Source: Felis catus (Eukaryota). From it: a DNA stretch of 64,000 bases. Below, in pieces: positions 11,901 to 22,834 of this stretch (positions are counted from its first letter, which is position 1; each line of letters starts with the position of its first letter). The DNA lies in the NCBI RefSeq assembly GCF_018350175.1, contig NC_058383.1, positions 8,434,001 through 8,498,000 on the forward strand. Direction: 5' to 3'. Under the pieces are notes generated by a model, which made no database searches, was not told where the DNA came from, and saw only the letters and a program-made list of their open reading frames with translations. The position numbers and the translations under genes were made by a program.

Positions 11901-12547
11901 CTGAGCTGAGGCTTGACAGCCGGGTCCAAGTTCTCAGGCCAAGAGGAAGATCGAAGGTGTGAGACACAGAGACCTGAAATAGCGGTGCTGTTGAGACCCT
12001 GTAGGGACACCCAAGGGGCTGGAGACAGGGACAGGGGGAGGGCAGCAGGACAGGCCCCATGCCAGTGTGCATGGGACCCAGGCTATCCTGGAATATCAAC
12101 CCCGACCCCCCAGGAACCATGTCCTCTGTCAATGGGAGCAGAGCCCTGCTTCTGCCATGAAACCTCTAAGCCTAGCCCCCTCCCCTCCTTCCTCTGCCCT
12201 CCTCTTCCTCGTTCCTATCCCCCACCCCTGCAGCTTCAACTCAGCAGCCCCCACCAAGTCCAGGAAGCAGAGACCCAGATCAGGACCTACGTGGATAGAC
12301 TGGCCACCCGTTAAGGACCGTCCAGGGTGGGCCAGGTGCAGGGACAACATCAAGGGTGAAGAAAAGGTCAGGACCAGGCACATGAGGTCAAGGTCAAGGA
12401 TGTCAGTGAGAGGAGCAAGGTCAAGGTCAGGGTGAGTTCAGGCATGAGGTGAAGGTCAGAGTCACAAATGAAATCAAGGTCACAGGATGAGGTCAGAGTT
12501 GAGGAATGAGGTCAGGGTCAGGAGGCAGGGCAGCCCCAGCCTACCAT
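2885..12547 (-). CDS. MYL10: Myosin regulatory light chain 10, spliced CDS (7 coding exons, 504 nt, 167 aa)
   Basis: Joined exons translate to [167 protein letters not shown]. This is an RLC-family sequence with EF-hand loop [23 protein letters not shown] and [11 protein letters not shown] are recognised as MYL10. All introns are GT-AG with consistent phases. Confidence 0.93.
3285..3333 (-). CDS. MYL10: MYL10 exon 6 (49 nt; [17 protein letters not shown])
   Basis: Acceptor tctttgagcag|C and donor GAG|gtaagt. The phase-2 junction TT+C gives Phe. Confidence 0.95.
5478..5556 (-). CDS. MYL10: MYL10 exon 5 (79 nt; [27 protein letters not shown])
   Basis: Acceptor ctgcttccag|GA and donor GAT TT|gtaagt. 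Visible at the end of ORF 5474..5791. Confidence 0.96.
7527..7878 (+). mobile_element. MaLR (MLT1-type) solo LTR remnant in MYL10 intron 4
   Basis: Resembles MLT1 hallmarks: aatgtcaccttacttggaaaaagggcctttgcagatgtaa, ggccctaaatccagtgacaagtgtcct, gccaccagcttgtggttatt. Confidence 0.7.
8645..8749 (-). CDS. MYL10: MYL10 exon 4 (105 nt; [36 protein letters not shown])
   Basis: Acceptor cctcctccag|GC and donor AAG G|gtgagt. Contains the RLC motif [16 protein letters not shown]. Confidence 0.96.
9589..9664 (-). CDS. MYL10: MYL10 exon 3 (76 nt; [26 protein letters not shown])
   Basis: Acceptor tctcaccag|GCC and donor TTG G|gtgcgt. Encodes the EF-hand Ca/Mg loop. Confidence 0.95.
10107..10199 (-). 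CDS. MYL10: MYL10 exon 2 (93 nt; [31 protein letters not shown])
   Basis: Acceptor catctcacag|GCA and donor GAG|gttggt. Contains the basic N-terminus and the SSNVF kinase-target region of regulatory light chains. Confidence 0.95.
12363..12520 (+). promoter_or_regulatory. Cluster of nine co-oriented AGGTCA nuclear-receptor half-sites in MYL10 intron 1
   Basis: AGGTCA starts at 12365, 12385, 12391, 12418, 12424, 12453, 12477, 12490 and 12509. TCAAGGTCA starts at 12388, 12421 and 12474; AAAGGTCA at 12363. The motifs are directly visible; function is inferred. Confidence 0.45.
12545..12547 (-). CDS. MYL10: MYL10 exon 1 coding part (ATG only; 5'UTR probably extends to ~12575-12580)
   Basis: Minus strand reads ...gcactccagaccATG|gtaggc: a Kozak-like accATG directly followed by a GT donor. 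TATTTAAA lies ~55 nt upstream. Phase 0 matches exon 2 (GCA CCG...). An ATG-only first exon is the layout known for MYL2-type genes. Confidence 0.75.
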
Positions 12548-12602
12548 GGTCTGGAGTGCTCCCTCTCGACGCAGCAGCACTGGGGGTTCTCAGGGAAGGC
12601 TC

Positions 12603-12610
12603 TTTAAATA
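12603..12610 (-). promoter_or_regulatory. TATA-like box (TATTTAAA) of the putative MYL10 core promoter
   Basis: Minus strand gcacTATTTAAAgagcc, an isolated AT island just upstream of the ATG exon. E-boxes CACCTG (12676-12681) and CAGCTG (12888-12893) lie further upstream. Confidence 0.65.
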
Positions 12611-13544
12611 GTGCTCCAGATCCGGACAACAGTCTGGAAGGTGACAAAGGACAGGATGAAGGCCTCCCTGCCAGGCACCTGTCTGGGGCCACTCGGAGTG
12701 GGTGGGTCAAACCACAGGATCTCCGCCTATACTGGGCCAACCGGATCTCTGCACCCGAGGGACAAAGGCCCAGGAAGGGGCACTTGGCCGAGGACACACA
12801 GCATGTTGAGGCCTGGAACTAGCTGGGAGGACTTGGCCTCGGGCCATTTGAGGTCAGGAGAACTTCCAAGGCAGGGCCACCCCGCACCAGCTGGGGAAAC
12901 TCAGGGCTGCAACATGGCCCACCCCCTTGAGCTATGTGCCTCTCAGTGGGTCACCAACCCCCGGCGAAAAGTGGCAGGCAAGCACGTGTCACCCCCGTCA
13001 GCCTGGGGAGAGGGTTTCTGCCTCAGCCTGACCCACAAGGCCCCTCAGCCAAGACGACTGCTGCCTCGTGGTCATCAGTGCTACCATTGCCCGCTCCAGC
13101 CCTCCGTCTGTCGACAATGTCCAGGGAGCTGAAAACGCAAAGAGACGGACAAAAGAAAAGTGGAGAGAGGGGGAGACGGGGGAGAACTGGAAAATCAGAT
13201 CCCCATTCCTCTCTGGCCAGACATACCCCCGGATGTGGCCCATCTCCACCAGGCCCGACCCCGCCCAAGGATTCTCCAGGAGATGGGCCAAGCCGAGTCC
13301 GCACCTGCCCCTGGCAGGCCCCCATGTGTCCAGGGCAGCCCGGCAGCCCCCGTCTGCCCGGCCAAGTTAGCTCCCATGTGGGACCCACCACGTCTGATCG
13401 GCTGCCAGGGCCGGCATTGCTGGGCTCAGGCAGTGAGCCCACCCGTCTCCAGGCACTGCACAGCTTAACTGTCCCCGGAGCTGGTCTCCAGGCCTCCGGG
13501 CCCCAGTACGGCTGATCCCTGCCTTGGGGGAGGGGATGTGATGA

Positions 13545-13700
13545 GTAGCTAACATTTATAAAACACAGAAGGGCCGGCCATGTTCTAAAACGTGTCCTCC
13601 CAGTGAATCCTCGCCCCATTTTCCAGGTGAGGAAACTGAGGCTCACACGGGGTAAAGTCACTCATCCAAGGCCGATAAGTGGTGGTGCCAGGATGAGTCT
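13545..13700 (+). mobile_element. MIR fragment (one of many; others near 6320-6430, 7880-7940, 9845-9915, 11560-11670, 28770-28810, 46430-46530, 50890-50920)
   Basis: MIR core ccccattttccaggtgaggaaactgaggctc...gtaaagtcact. Confidence 0.65.
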
Positions 13701-16700
13701 CTCTTTCTAGTCGTTCCAGAAGGGTGCTTCTGGAAGGTTCTGCCCATCCCAATGCTCACCTCCCTGACCTCCCTGAGACCTCTGACGTAATCCTCCACCC
13801 TGATCTGGGGCCAGGACTGCCATGCTGTCCCCTGGCAGGGACCAACCACACGCCCCGCAGGTGTTCAGTAGGCTGGGGTGAAGAACCCTGGGGTTCAGGT
13901 CCCCGTCCTGCCGAGACTGCTGCGGGAGATGGGCTGGGTAAGTGTGGCGAGGGGCCTGCCCCTTTCTGGGTCCACGTGGAGGGGCCGGTGGCCACCGTCT
14001 GCACCTGCTACACGGGAGCCCCCTTTCCTTGCCGGGTCCACGAGCCTGGCCCTGGGGCTGCCTGGCCCTGGGCTTGCTGAGCAGGGAGATACTTGCCATC
14101 TGGGGCTTTGTACCACCTGCTTCCTGCTGGCTGGAGGCCTCCTCATGCAAGGGCTCGACGCCCCTAAGCTCCTGCCTCTGGGGATCACCACCCAGGACCG
14201 CAGAGGGGCTCCGGAGGGCTCAGGACGGTCCTGAGTGAGCGGAGAGCCACCCACCCAGCCTGCCAGGAGGAAGGAAGTGCGAGACGGAATCGCAGTGAGA
14301 TGTGGATAAGTCACAACAGAGGTCACAAGCGCTTAGCAAACTAGTTCTGATGTTTTCCTTCCCTGGCCTCCTTCTCCATGTTACGAAAGGAGGGAGAGCT
14401 GATCAGAAATCCGGTGGAGACTGAAAACTCGCGGGAGAGGTGGCTGGGGAAGGTTTGTCCCTGGGGCGAGCAGGGGAGTGGGGAGGGGGCGGGCATGCAG
14501 TGTGCCCTGAGCAGGGGGTGCTGTGAGCTCCACCCTGTCTTTGGGCGATCCCCTCAGCAACACCTAGACTCTCAGTTTCCCCTGGGGAGAAGTGGTGCCA
14601 GCGGTCTGGCCCCCGAGAAGCTGCCACTGGGCCGCGGGGTGCCACACAAAGGAGGTGGCCTCTGGAATCAAGGGCGGGGTTTGGAAGGCAGATCCCCCGC
14701 GCTGACAAAACGCACGGCCTCGTCAGCCAGGTGAGGCTGGGGCGCGTCTATTGTCGTTGCTGGGTCACACTGTTTGGCCCAGCTGACCCTGGGATGATGG
14801 CCAGTTCTGGGGGGGGGCGGTCGGAGAGACCGCTGAGGGGTCTGTGCTGCCAGCCAGGGGCCTCCTGGGAGTGAGCAGCCACAGAACTGGAATCCCGGGT
14901 CGGCCCGGGGAAGTCAGAGGAGTACTTAGCCCCCTGCGAAGAGCACCCCGCTTTCCAGAGCGCAACTCACGGTCCCGGGAGCCACCAAACCTGAAAGGGA
15001 GCTTGAAAGGCACCAGCTGCCTTTGGACTTGGCCTTCCCCCTGCAGGGTGACAGCTGTCACTCACGCCACAAAGTGGGCCAGGTGACCTCGCCTTGTCAC
15101 TTCTCACCCCTAACTCTGCCCTCTAACGTTTCGTGGCTAGCCGGCTGTCCTCGGCCTCCCGGGCCCCCATCCCGGCCCGCCGCCACCTGGCCTTCACCAC
15201 TTTGCAAAGTCTCCTTCCTCCCCGCCTTTGACCGTGGAACATGTTCCCTCCCCAGCCGCACCTCCATCCCCCCACTTTCCATCACCTCTCACCTCCTCCC
15301 AGAAGCCTTCCCAGATTTCCCTCCCTCTCCCACTAGAATCACTGCTTCTCTCTGCCCTCTACTCTTCAGATCAGCGACTACCCACCTTTCCCTTGGCCTT
15401 GGGGCCTTGCTATCATTGCTCCTTGGCCTCCGGCCACCTGGCCCCTAAGAGCACAGTGGGGGCTCAGAAACACGCTCGCAGGGGTTGTTCATGCATAATC
15501 TTCCATGTGGGGCGTCACTGGCCCTCTCAGTCGAGCCCATCGAGCCCTGCTCGATGCCGAGTGTCCCTTGCAGACTCGGGTGGCCCTTGCTTGCACACCA
15601 TCTGTCACGGGGAACTCACCGCTTCCCCAAGCAAAGGCAACTCAAATTGGCAAACACTCACTGACGAGCGACCGTGGCCCTACACTGGCGTTCTGCGGGG
15701 GCTAAAAACGCATCCTTTGCAATCCCTGGGTCTGAATTATTTTAGCAAGTGTCAGACGATGTGTGCCAAGTTTACTCATTCACTCATCAAATATTTATGG
15801 AGTACTTATTGAATGCTGAGCATGGCAGACACAGAGGTGAAAAAATAAAATAAAATAAAACAAAACCAGTGTGGCTCCAGGAGTGAAGGGGCCCAGACAG
15901 AGTGCCTTTCCCCAGGGGAGGCACCGTGGGCTGGGGTCCATCACACTGGGCCCTGAAGGATGAGGACACAATGGGCGTTCTCATCGCTCTGTGAGAAGAG
16001 CAGGTGGATGTGTAGAACATTCCAGGGCACCCACAGGGGTGGCCAGATATGAAGGCGTATAATGTGAGAGGCCAGGGTCAGGCAGGGGAGGGGAGCAGAG
16101 GGGGGCCAGGGCTGCTCAGAGGTGGTGGCCGAACCGCCCAGAGGTGACCCAAACGGGACCGGGCAGAGAGTTCCCAGACCTGGCTTGGAGGCTCCCTCTT
16201 CTGGGTTAGGGTGACTCCTGGCCCGCTGGGCAGAGAATCCCGCCCCGTTCTCCCCTCTTCGCCCATCAAACCCGCAGCTATTTTTACAGCAGGATGCCGT
16301 AGCCACAGGCCCCTTGAACAGGATGCATCGTTCGTGCTTCTGCAGAGTGAGTGCGTCTGCCGGCCGCTCCACCACAGCTATAAAACAGGCAGGAGGCATT
16401 CCGGGAGACATTCTTCTTAGCTTTAAAGGTTTCCTTGTCTTCTCTAAGTGGCTCCAAATTAGAGGAAGGCTCCAGACAGGGGCGGGCCTGGGGTGGAGGG
16501 GACACCGGGGCGTTTGGGAAAAGACAGACCTCCCCCTAATTGTCTTCAAAACCTCGGTCGTCCCATCTGGTAATTAGGGAGTTGACAGTGCAAAAAAGGC
16601 GATTTCCTTTGGGGTAAGAGGGAGAACACAGCTCATCGGCTCTAAGTCCGGGTCCTGCCTGAAATATTAACTCCAGGGGGTTGGGCTGGCCTGGCCTGAC

Positions 16701-17819
16701 CCACGCGCTGGCCCCGGTCCCTCGGGAGGAGGGATGGGGGAGCCCGGGGAGCCATGCTGCCTTGGACGGGCCAGAAAGGGCACGCGGTGGGGCCCCCGGA
16801 AGTGAGTCCGGGCGCACTTTGAGTTTCAGGCTACCATGCCAGCAGCACGTGGTGGAGGCCCCTGGCTCAATGCCAGCTTTATTCTGGATTCCGAGCGGGG
16901 AGGATCGTCCTCAAGGAGCCCCGCCTCCTAGAGCTAAATGTGGAGAGTCTCGGAGGTGCGGGGGTGGGGGGTGGCGGGGAACTGCCCCTCTGCCCCATCT
17001 CTGATTTCATTACTGAGGAGGTGATAAGGAGGTGGGGGGTGGTGAGAAGCGAGGAGCGGAATCCAGGCCCCCTGACCGACGGACCGCGTGCGGGAGACCC
17101 TTCCCTCATGCTCACATCTCCTTTCTCAGACCCAGGTGGCTTCAGATGTGGACGGGGCTGGCCTGGGGACCAGGCCACAGCCGAGACAATTCGGGGGTCC
17201 AGCAGCGGAAGCACGGGGCTCTCAGCGCAGCCTTACCTGCCCAGAGAAAGATGGCGGCGCGCCTCCCCAGCCACGGTAGCCGCAAGGCGGGTTGGACCGA
17301 GCACCAGCTTGTGCTGAGTTGTTGCGGGGACTCGACAGCACAACGGCAACCTAGAGATTGTTGCTCCCAGTCAGCTCAACTCAGACATGTTGTTAGAAAA
17401 GTGAAAATACCCTTGGGCTGCATTAGTAGAGGTCTACGTCCTCAAGCCAGGGAGGTGACGGTGCTACCTTCCACTGACTTACACAGACAACAGAAGACTT
17501 ATGTTCGGTCCTAGTACTGTGTTTTAGGGAGGGTGGTTTTTGGAGGATAGCAGCATGTATCACATGAATTGTGGCTGAGGGGCTAGGGGCTCTCAGCTGG
17601 AGAGAAGCGGCTTTAGTGGGGAGCATCAGTGTGGCAGCTTTGTTAGTTTACCAGCCGGGCTGAGGCCCGTACGCTCACCCAGTTGGCACCAGCACTCAGC
17701 TCTAACGGCCATCGTCTCCCTACCTCCTGGTGTTTGCAGTCAGGCTCACCCCCTTCTCCAAGCTTGGCCCCTTGGGAAGAACGTTCCCTCTGTTACCCCA
17801 TTTAAATCCTATTATTTGG

Positions 17820-18270
17820 GTCATTAGCTCTTGCTGTCTGAAGAATCACCCCCAATTACAGTGGCGTGAGCTCCGAAACGCAGGAAAGGCCCAGTGAGGA
17901 TAGCTCACCTCTGCCCCATGGCATCTGGGACCTCTGCTGGCAAGACTCCGAGGCTGCGGGTGGCTGGACAGCTAGTGCTGGAATCATCCAAGGCTGGACC
18001 ACTCGCGTGTCTGGTGTCGGGGCTGAGAAGACCCAAAGTCATGGCCGTCCGACTTCTACGGGGTGGCCAGGACGCCACACAGACGCCCCAGCAAATAAGG
18101 TGGAAGCCTGTCGCTTCTTGAGGTCTACGCTCAGAAGTCAGATAGTGACACTTCTATCCGACTCCCTCGGTCAAAGCAGTCACCAACACTTGCCCAGCAC
18201 GGTAAGGAGAGACGGTACGGACCTGCGTCTTGACGGGATGAGCCAAAGACTTGGCGGGCACGTTTTACAC
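17820..18270 (-). mobile_element. Old MLT1-type LTR remnant
   Basis: Resembles the reverse of MLT1 (attagctcttgctg...aatcacccccaa...gatagctcacctctgccccatggcatctg...gctggaatcatc...gtcaaagcagtcac). Subfamily uncertain. Confidence 0.45.
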
Positions 18271-20454
18271 CTGCCCGTCCCACCCAGCCTGGGCTCAGGG
18301 GAGCTCAGGAAGTGGCCTGAGGTCACAGACCTGGTAGGTAGGGGAGCCGGAATTCAGATCCAGCCCGGAGGGGCTCCGTCCCACAGAAAGTACGGGAGCC
18401 CAGGAAGACCGGGAGGCTCTCCCGGGGCCGTGTGGTGGGTGGTCAGCCTCTGTCCGCGGCCAGAAGGGCCGAGGTTAGAAAGGGGCCAGGGCAGGGAGGA
18501 GAGGCCCGGCCCCCCGGCTCACAAAGGGGCAGGCAGCCCTTATCCCACTGGACGGCTCAGGAAACTGAGGCCTGGAGCAGGGAAGGGCCGGGTCAAGGTG
18601 TCTGGAAGACTTACGCCTCACCCCCCAAGGGCTACCGAGGAGCAGAACGGGGCGATGGGAACGGGCCCTCCCTTGAGACGTGGGGCATCCCGGCCGCGGA
18701 CGGTGGCTCGGGCGAGGGCTGGGGCTCGGGGCCCTCCCCGGGGCCCCGAGGCTGCCAAACAAGCCCAATTTGCTGTACTAATGTGCGCCTTCTGCTGCTT
18801 GAAGCTTTCTCACACCCTGTGCTGTGAGCCGGGCCGGGGGCAAGAGAGCAGACTATAATTATGTCAAGCCACACCCTGCTACCTTGCTCAGCAATTAGCC
18901 AGGTCGCCCCGCATCCAGCAGCTTCCACCCCACCCCGGGCCGGGGTGCGGCGGATCAGAAGCTGGGAGGGGGAGTGGGCCGCTTCTTAAAGCCCCCCCAG
19001 AGCCCCTCCCCCAGTAATGAACCTGAAAATGGGGCTGCCTTCCCCAGCTGGTCCCCCCCCCGTGGCTCCAGCCGGACCTCAATCACGCTCTGAGGGAGAT
19101 CGCCGAGCCAGGACCCCCACCCCATCCCACACGGGCCGGGACCCCCACGATGAAGGGGACAGCGGAGGGCAGAGGCCTCCCTGGAAGACAGCCCCTCCCT
19201 GGCGCCCAGGCTTGTGGGCTGAACTGTGGGGGGACCGGCAGTACAGCCACAGACTGAAATCAGATAGACCCGGGGGCAAGTCCCTCTAGGCGGTGGCATC
19301 GGCTCTCCGTGACCTCACAAGTCGCTCCGTTTCCCCAAGGTCACCCGGAACACAGAGTGAGTCTCGTTCCCTTCTGTCGCGTGGATTAAGGCATCGTGCC
19401 TGAACGTGATTGGTGCTTGCCCACTGTGTCTGGTCATTGGCAGGGGCCCCCCCTGGACTAAGGGGGCTGTTCTGGGGGCCACAAACCCTCTGGACCAGGC
19501 GCTCCACTGATGAGACGCCGCCTCACCCCTTGATCCCTGCCATTATCAGTGCACGTGGTGCCTGGGCAGGCCAGAGCCCCCCCACACCAGAGGAGCCCCT
19601 GAAAGTGGGCACCCCAGGTAAGTTTCCCAGAAGGACCCACGGCCTGCCCCGTGCCCCAACACTCAGCCTGGCTGGGACAAAGCCTCAGGGAACTGGGGCT
19701 GCCTGGCTCCCCTCGGTGGGACCCCCGGTCCAGCAAGGAGCCAGGTTCTTTCTGCCTTATTCTCTGCCTGTCTCTCCCTGCCACTTCCGAGGGATACGGG
19801 GAGTTCTGCTTGTGCACAGCTCCGGCTTCAGGGAGGAGTAGCAGAAGAGGAGGCTGAGGGGCTCCTCAGAACCTTGCCCCAGCCAGGCTTCGGCCCTTCG
19901 TCTCTCTCCGGTCTTCGCCTGAGCCCTGGCTTCCCCTCTTGACCTCTGTCTGACTCCATGCCTCGATCTGGCTAATCCCTTTTGATCTAGAATCCCAGGT
20001 GTCCAGTGAGTCTGAATGTTGCCTCTGTTGCAGGAGACCAGGCCCCCTTGGACATGGCCCGCAGTCATTCTCATGTTTCAGTCTTTAATCCCACACCTCC
20101 AGACTCAGTTGCTGAGCCAGGACACCGGCTCCAGAGGGATGCTCACATATACTGCAACCCCCTAGAATCTAGACTACAATGGAAATGGTGGCCTCTACAG
20201 TGGAGCAGTGCACAACCTGGATGGCTGTACATGGCAACCCTCCTCCAAGGCACATACTCTCAACTCTTTCTCTCAACCTGGACACAGGCCCAGACACCCA
20301 AGTGATCTCTCCTGTGAGACTACTAGCCCAGAAGGATGATGTTCTCTATGAAGTAGAGGAAAGACTCCCTTCTCCACTTTCTTCTGGGTTGGTGCTATCC
20401 TAGAGTTCTGAGTACAGTTCTGGCCTCCTTAGGGGAAGAAACAGATACACTGAA

Positions 20455-20914
20455 AGAGAGTATATATATATATATCTATATATCTATATCTATATATATA
20501 TATTTTTTTTTTTTTTTAAGTAGGCTCCACACCCAATGTGGGACTTGAACTCGTGACCGTAAGATCAAGAGTTGTACTCTCTACCAACTGAGCCAGCCAG
20601 GCGCTTTGCTTATTTAATTTAATTTAATAGTTTTTATTTAGTTTATTTTTTTAATTAAAAAAAATTTTTAATGTTTATTTTTGAGAGAGAGAGAGAGAGA
20701 CAGAGTGCAAGCAGAGAAGGGGCAGATAGAGAGGGAGACACAGAATCCAAAGCAGGCTCCAGGCTCCAAGTTGTGAGCACAGAGCCCGATGTGGGGCTCG
20801 AACCCAAGAGCCGTGAGATCATGACCTGAGCTGAATTCGGACACTTAGCCGACTGAGCCATCCAGGCACCCCCATTTTTTTATTTTAGAGAGACAAAGTA
20901 TGAGCAGGGAAGAG

Positions 20915-20952
<38 letters not shown>

Positions 20953-21075
20953 GTAAGCAGGCCCCACGTTCAGGGCAGGGCCCAATGCAAGGCTCAATCC
21001 TACCACCCTGGGATCATGACCTGAGCCAAAATCAAGAGTCAGACCCTCACCACCTGGGTGCCACCCAGGCACCCC
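20455..21075 (-). mobile_element. (TA)n tract followed by three tandem minus-strand Can-SINEs (~20505-20605, 20655-20872, 20875-21075)
   Basis: Three reverse SINE heads (ccaggcgc, ccaggcacccc), each with a T tail; (GA)n in the third. Confidence 0.88.
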
Positions 21076-21768
21076 TCTTATTTTTGAACTTTAGTGCAAA
21101 AGTGCAGCAAAGAGTCTTCTGGGACTTGCTTTTCCACTCAACATTATATTACCAAGTACAGGAAATTGAATGGTTGGCTCCAGTCTTTCTCACCTCCCAG
21201 CTCAGCACCCTCACCGTGACCTTACCGTGGGCAGACTATTTCCCTGTCCTGAGACTTTGTGCTTGACCATGTCGTGATGTAAGGTCTAAAAATTCAAGTA
21301 GTGCCCTAACATCTTTGAGTAGCGCAGCGCTCATCAATCTGCAGACTTTTGGCTGAGGCAGGCCTGCCAGCCGAGCTCAGTCTAGATCAGCCGAGATCGA
21401 CAAGCCCCAGTCAAGCTGAAGATCCATGAGAACGAAGGACTGTCACTTTCACCATTGAAGACTTGGAGTGTTTTGTTACGCAGCATTACGTCAATAGCTA
21501 ACCATTACACCAAGATTCATCTGCGTTGTCACATGAAGCTCTATGTGGTTCATTGTCAATCATGTGACCATGGGACCCTGGTCACCCTTTTGCTGTCATG
21601 AACAATGCTGCCTTGGACACTCTTACAAATGTCTCTCGGGGCACGTGAGCAAGAATTTCTAAGAATTTCTCTTGGGAATATAGTGAGAAGCAGAAATGCA
21701 CATGTTCAACTTTATAAGATGGTGTCACATTGTTTTTCAAAGCGGCCGTGTCAATTTTCATTCTTAAC

Positions 21769-21981
21769 TTTTTTTTTTCAACGTTTATTTATTTTTGGGA
21801 CAGAGAGAGACAGAGCATGAACGGGGGAGGGGCAGAGAGAGAGGGAGACACAGAATCGGAAATAGGTTCCAGGCTCTGAGCCATCAGCCCAGAGCCCGAC
21901 GCGGGGCTCGAACTCACGGACCGCGAGATCGTGACCTGGCTGAAGTTGGACGCTTAACCGACTGTGCCACCCAGGCGCCCC
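21769..21981 (-). mobile_element. Young feline SINE (SINEC_Fc-like)
   Basis: Near-consensus: caacgtttatttatttttgggacag...gtgacctggctgaagt...gactgtgccacccaggcgcccc. Confidence 0.92.
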
Positions 21982-22092
21982 TGATTCTTACCAGCTGCGT
22001 ATGAGCCCCTGTGTATAAGCCCCATCCTCTCCAATGCCGGAAGTCAGAGTCATTAATTCTTGCCAATTCGAGGGGTCTACTTGGTATCTCAT

Positions 22093-22515
22093 GGGTGGAA
22101 TCGTGTTCCCCTGAATAGCCGTGTTGGAATCCTCACCCCCAGGACCTCAGATTGTGGTCCTATGTGGAGGTGGTCTTTCCAGAGATCATCGCGTTAGAAT
22201 AAGGTCATTGGAGCAGGCCTTTAATCCAGCATGACTGTGTCCCATACAAAGGGGCCAGTTTGCTCACGGACACAGGCGTAGAGGGAGATTGATGGGAAGA
22301 CACAGGGAGAGTGGCGTCTACGTGCCAAGGGCAGCCTGAGACCATCCCAAGCCGGGACAAAGGCCTGGAGCAGACTCTCCCTCCTGGGCCTCGGAAGGAG
22401 CCCCCCTGCTCATGCCAGGACCTCGGCCTTCCAGCCCCCGGACCCAGGAGACGATGACCCTGCACCGTGCCAGCAGCGTGCGGCTCTCTGTTACGGCAGC
22501 TCCTGGAACCTAATC
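22093..22515 (+). mobile_element. MLT1-type solo LTR
   Basis: tgggtggaatcgtgttcccc...ctcacccccaggacctcagattgtg...taatccagcatgactgtgtcc...tgttacggcagctcctggaacctaat. Confidence 0.7.
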
Positions 22516-22529
22516 CACGCCGCGATCTT

Positions 22530-22718
22530 TTTTTTTTTTTTTTAATTTTTTTTTTTCAACGTTTATTTTAGTTTTGGGACAGAGAGAGACAGAGCATGAA
22601 CGGGGGAGGGGCAGAGAGAGAGGGAGACACAGAATCGGAAACAGGCTCCAGGCTATCAGCCCAGAGCCTGACGCGGGGCTCGAACTCACGGACCGCGAGA
22701 TCGTGACCTGGCTGAAGT
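22530..22718 (-). mobile_element. 5'-truncated young feline SINE with 14-bp TSD
   Basis: Flanked by cacgccgcgatctt (22516-22529) and cacgccgtgatctt (22719-22732). Confidence 0.9.
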
Positions 22719-22834
22719 CACGCCGTGATCTTAATTTGCACCTTCCTGATTGCTCAGTGAGCCTGGATCCGACCTCTGATGTTTCTTGCCCTTAGTTTGA
22801 ATTCTTCTATGAAATGGCTACTTTTCTATTGGAT

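Noticed and set aside
12363..12520. Repeat-spacer pattern superficially like a CRISPR array
   Set aside because: The repeats are only 6-9 bp with irregular spacing, in mammalian intronic DNA; no cas genes or other prokaryotic features occur anywhere in the window.
17866..18858. 330-aa ORF, the longest in the window
   Set aside because: Starts at GTG, runs through an LTR remnant and MIR fragments, and shows no recognisable protein family.
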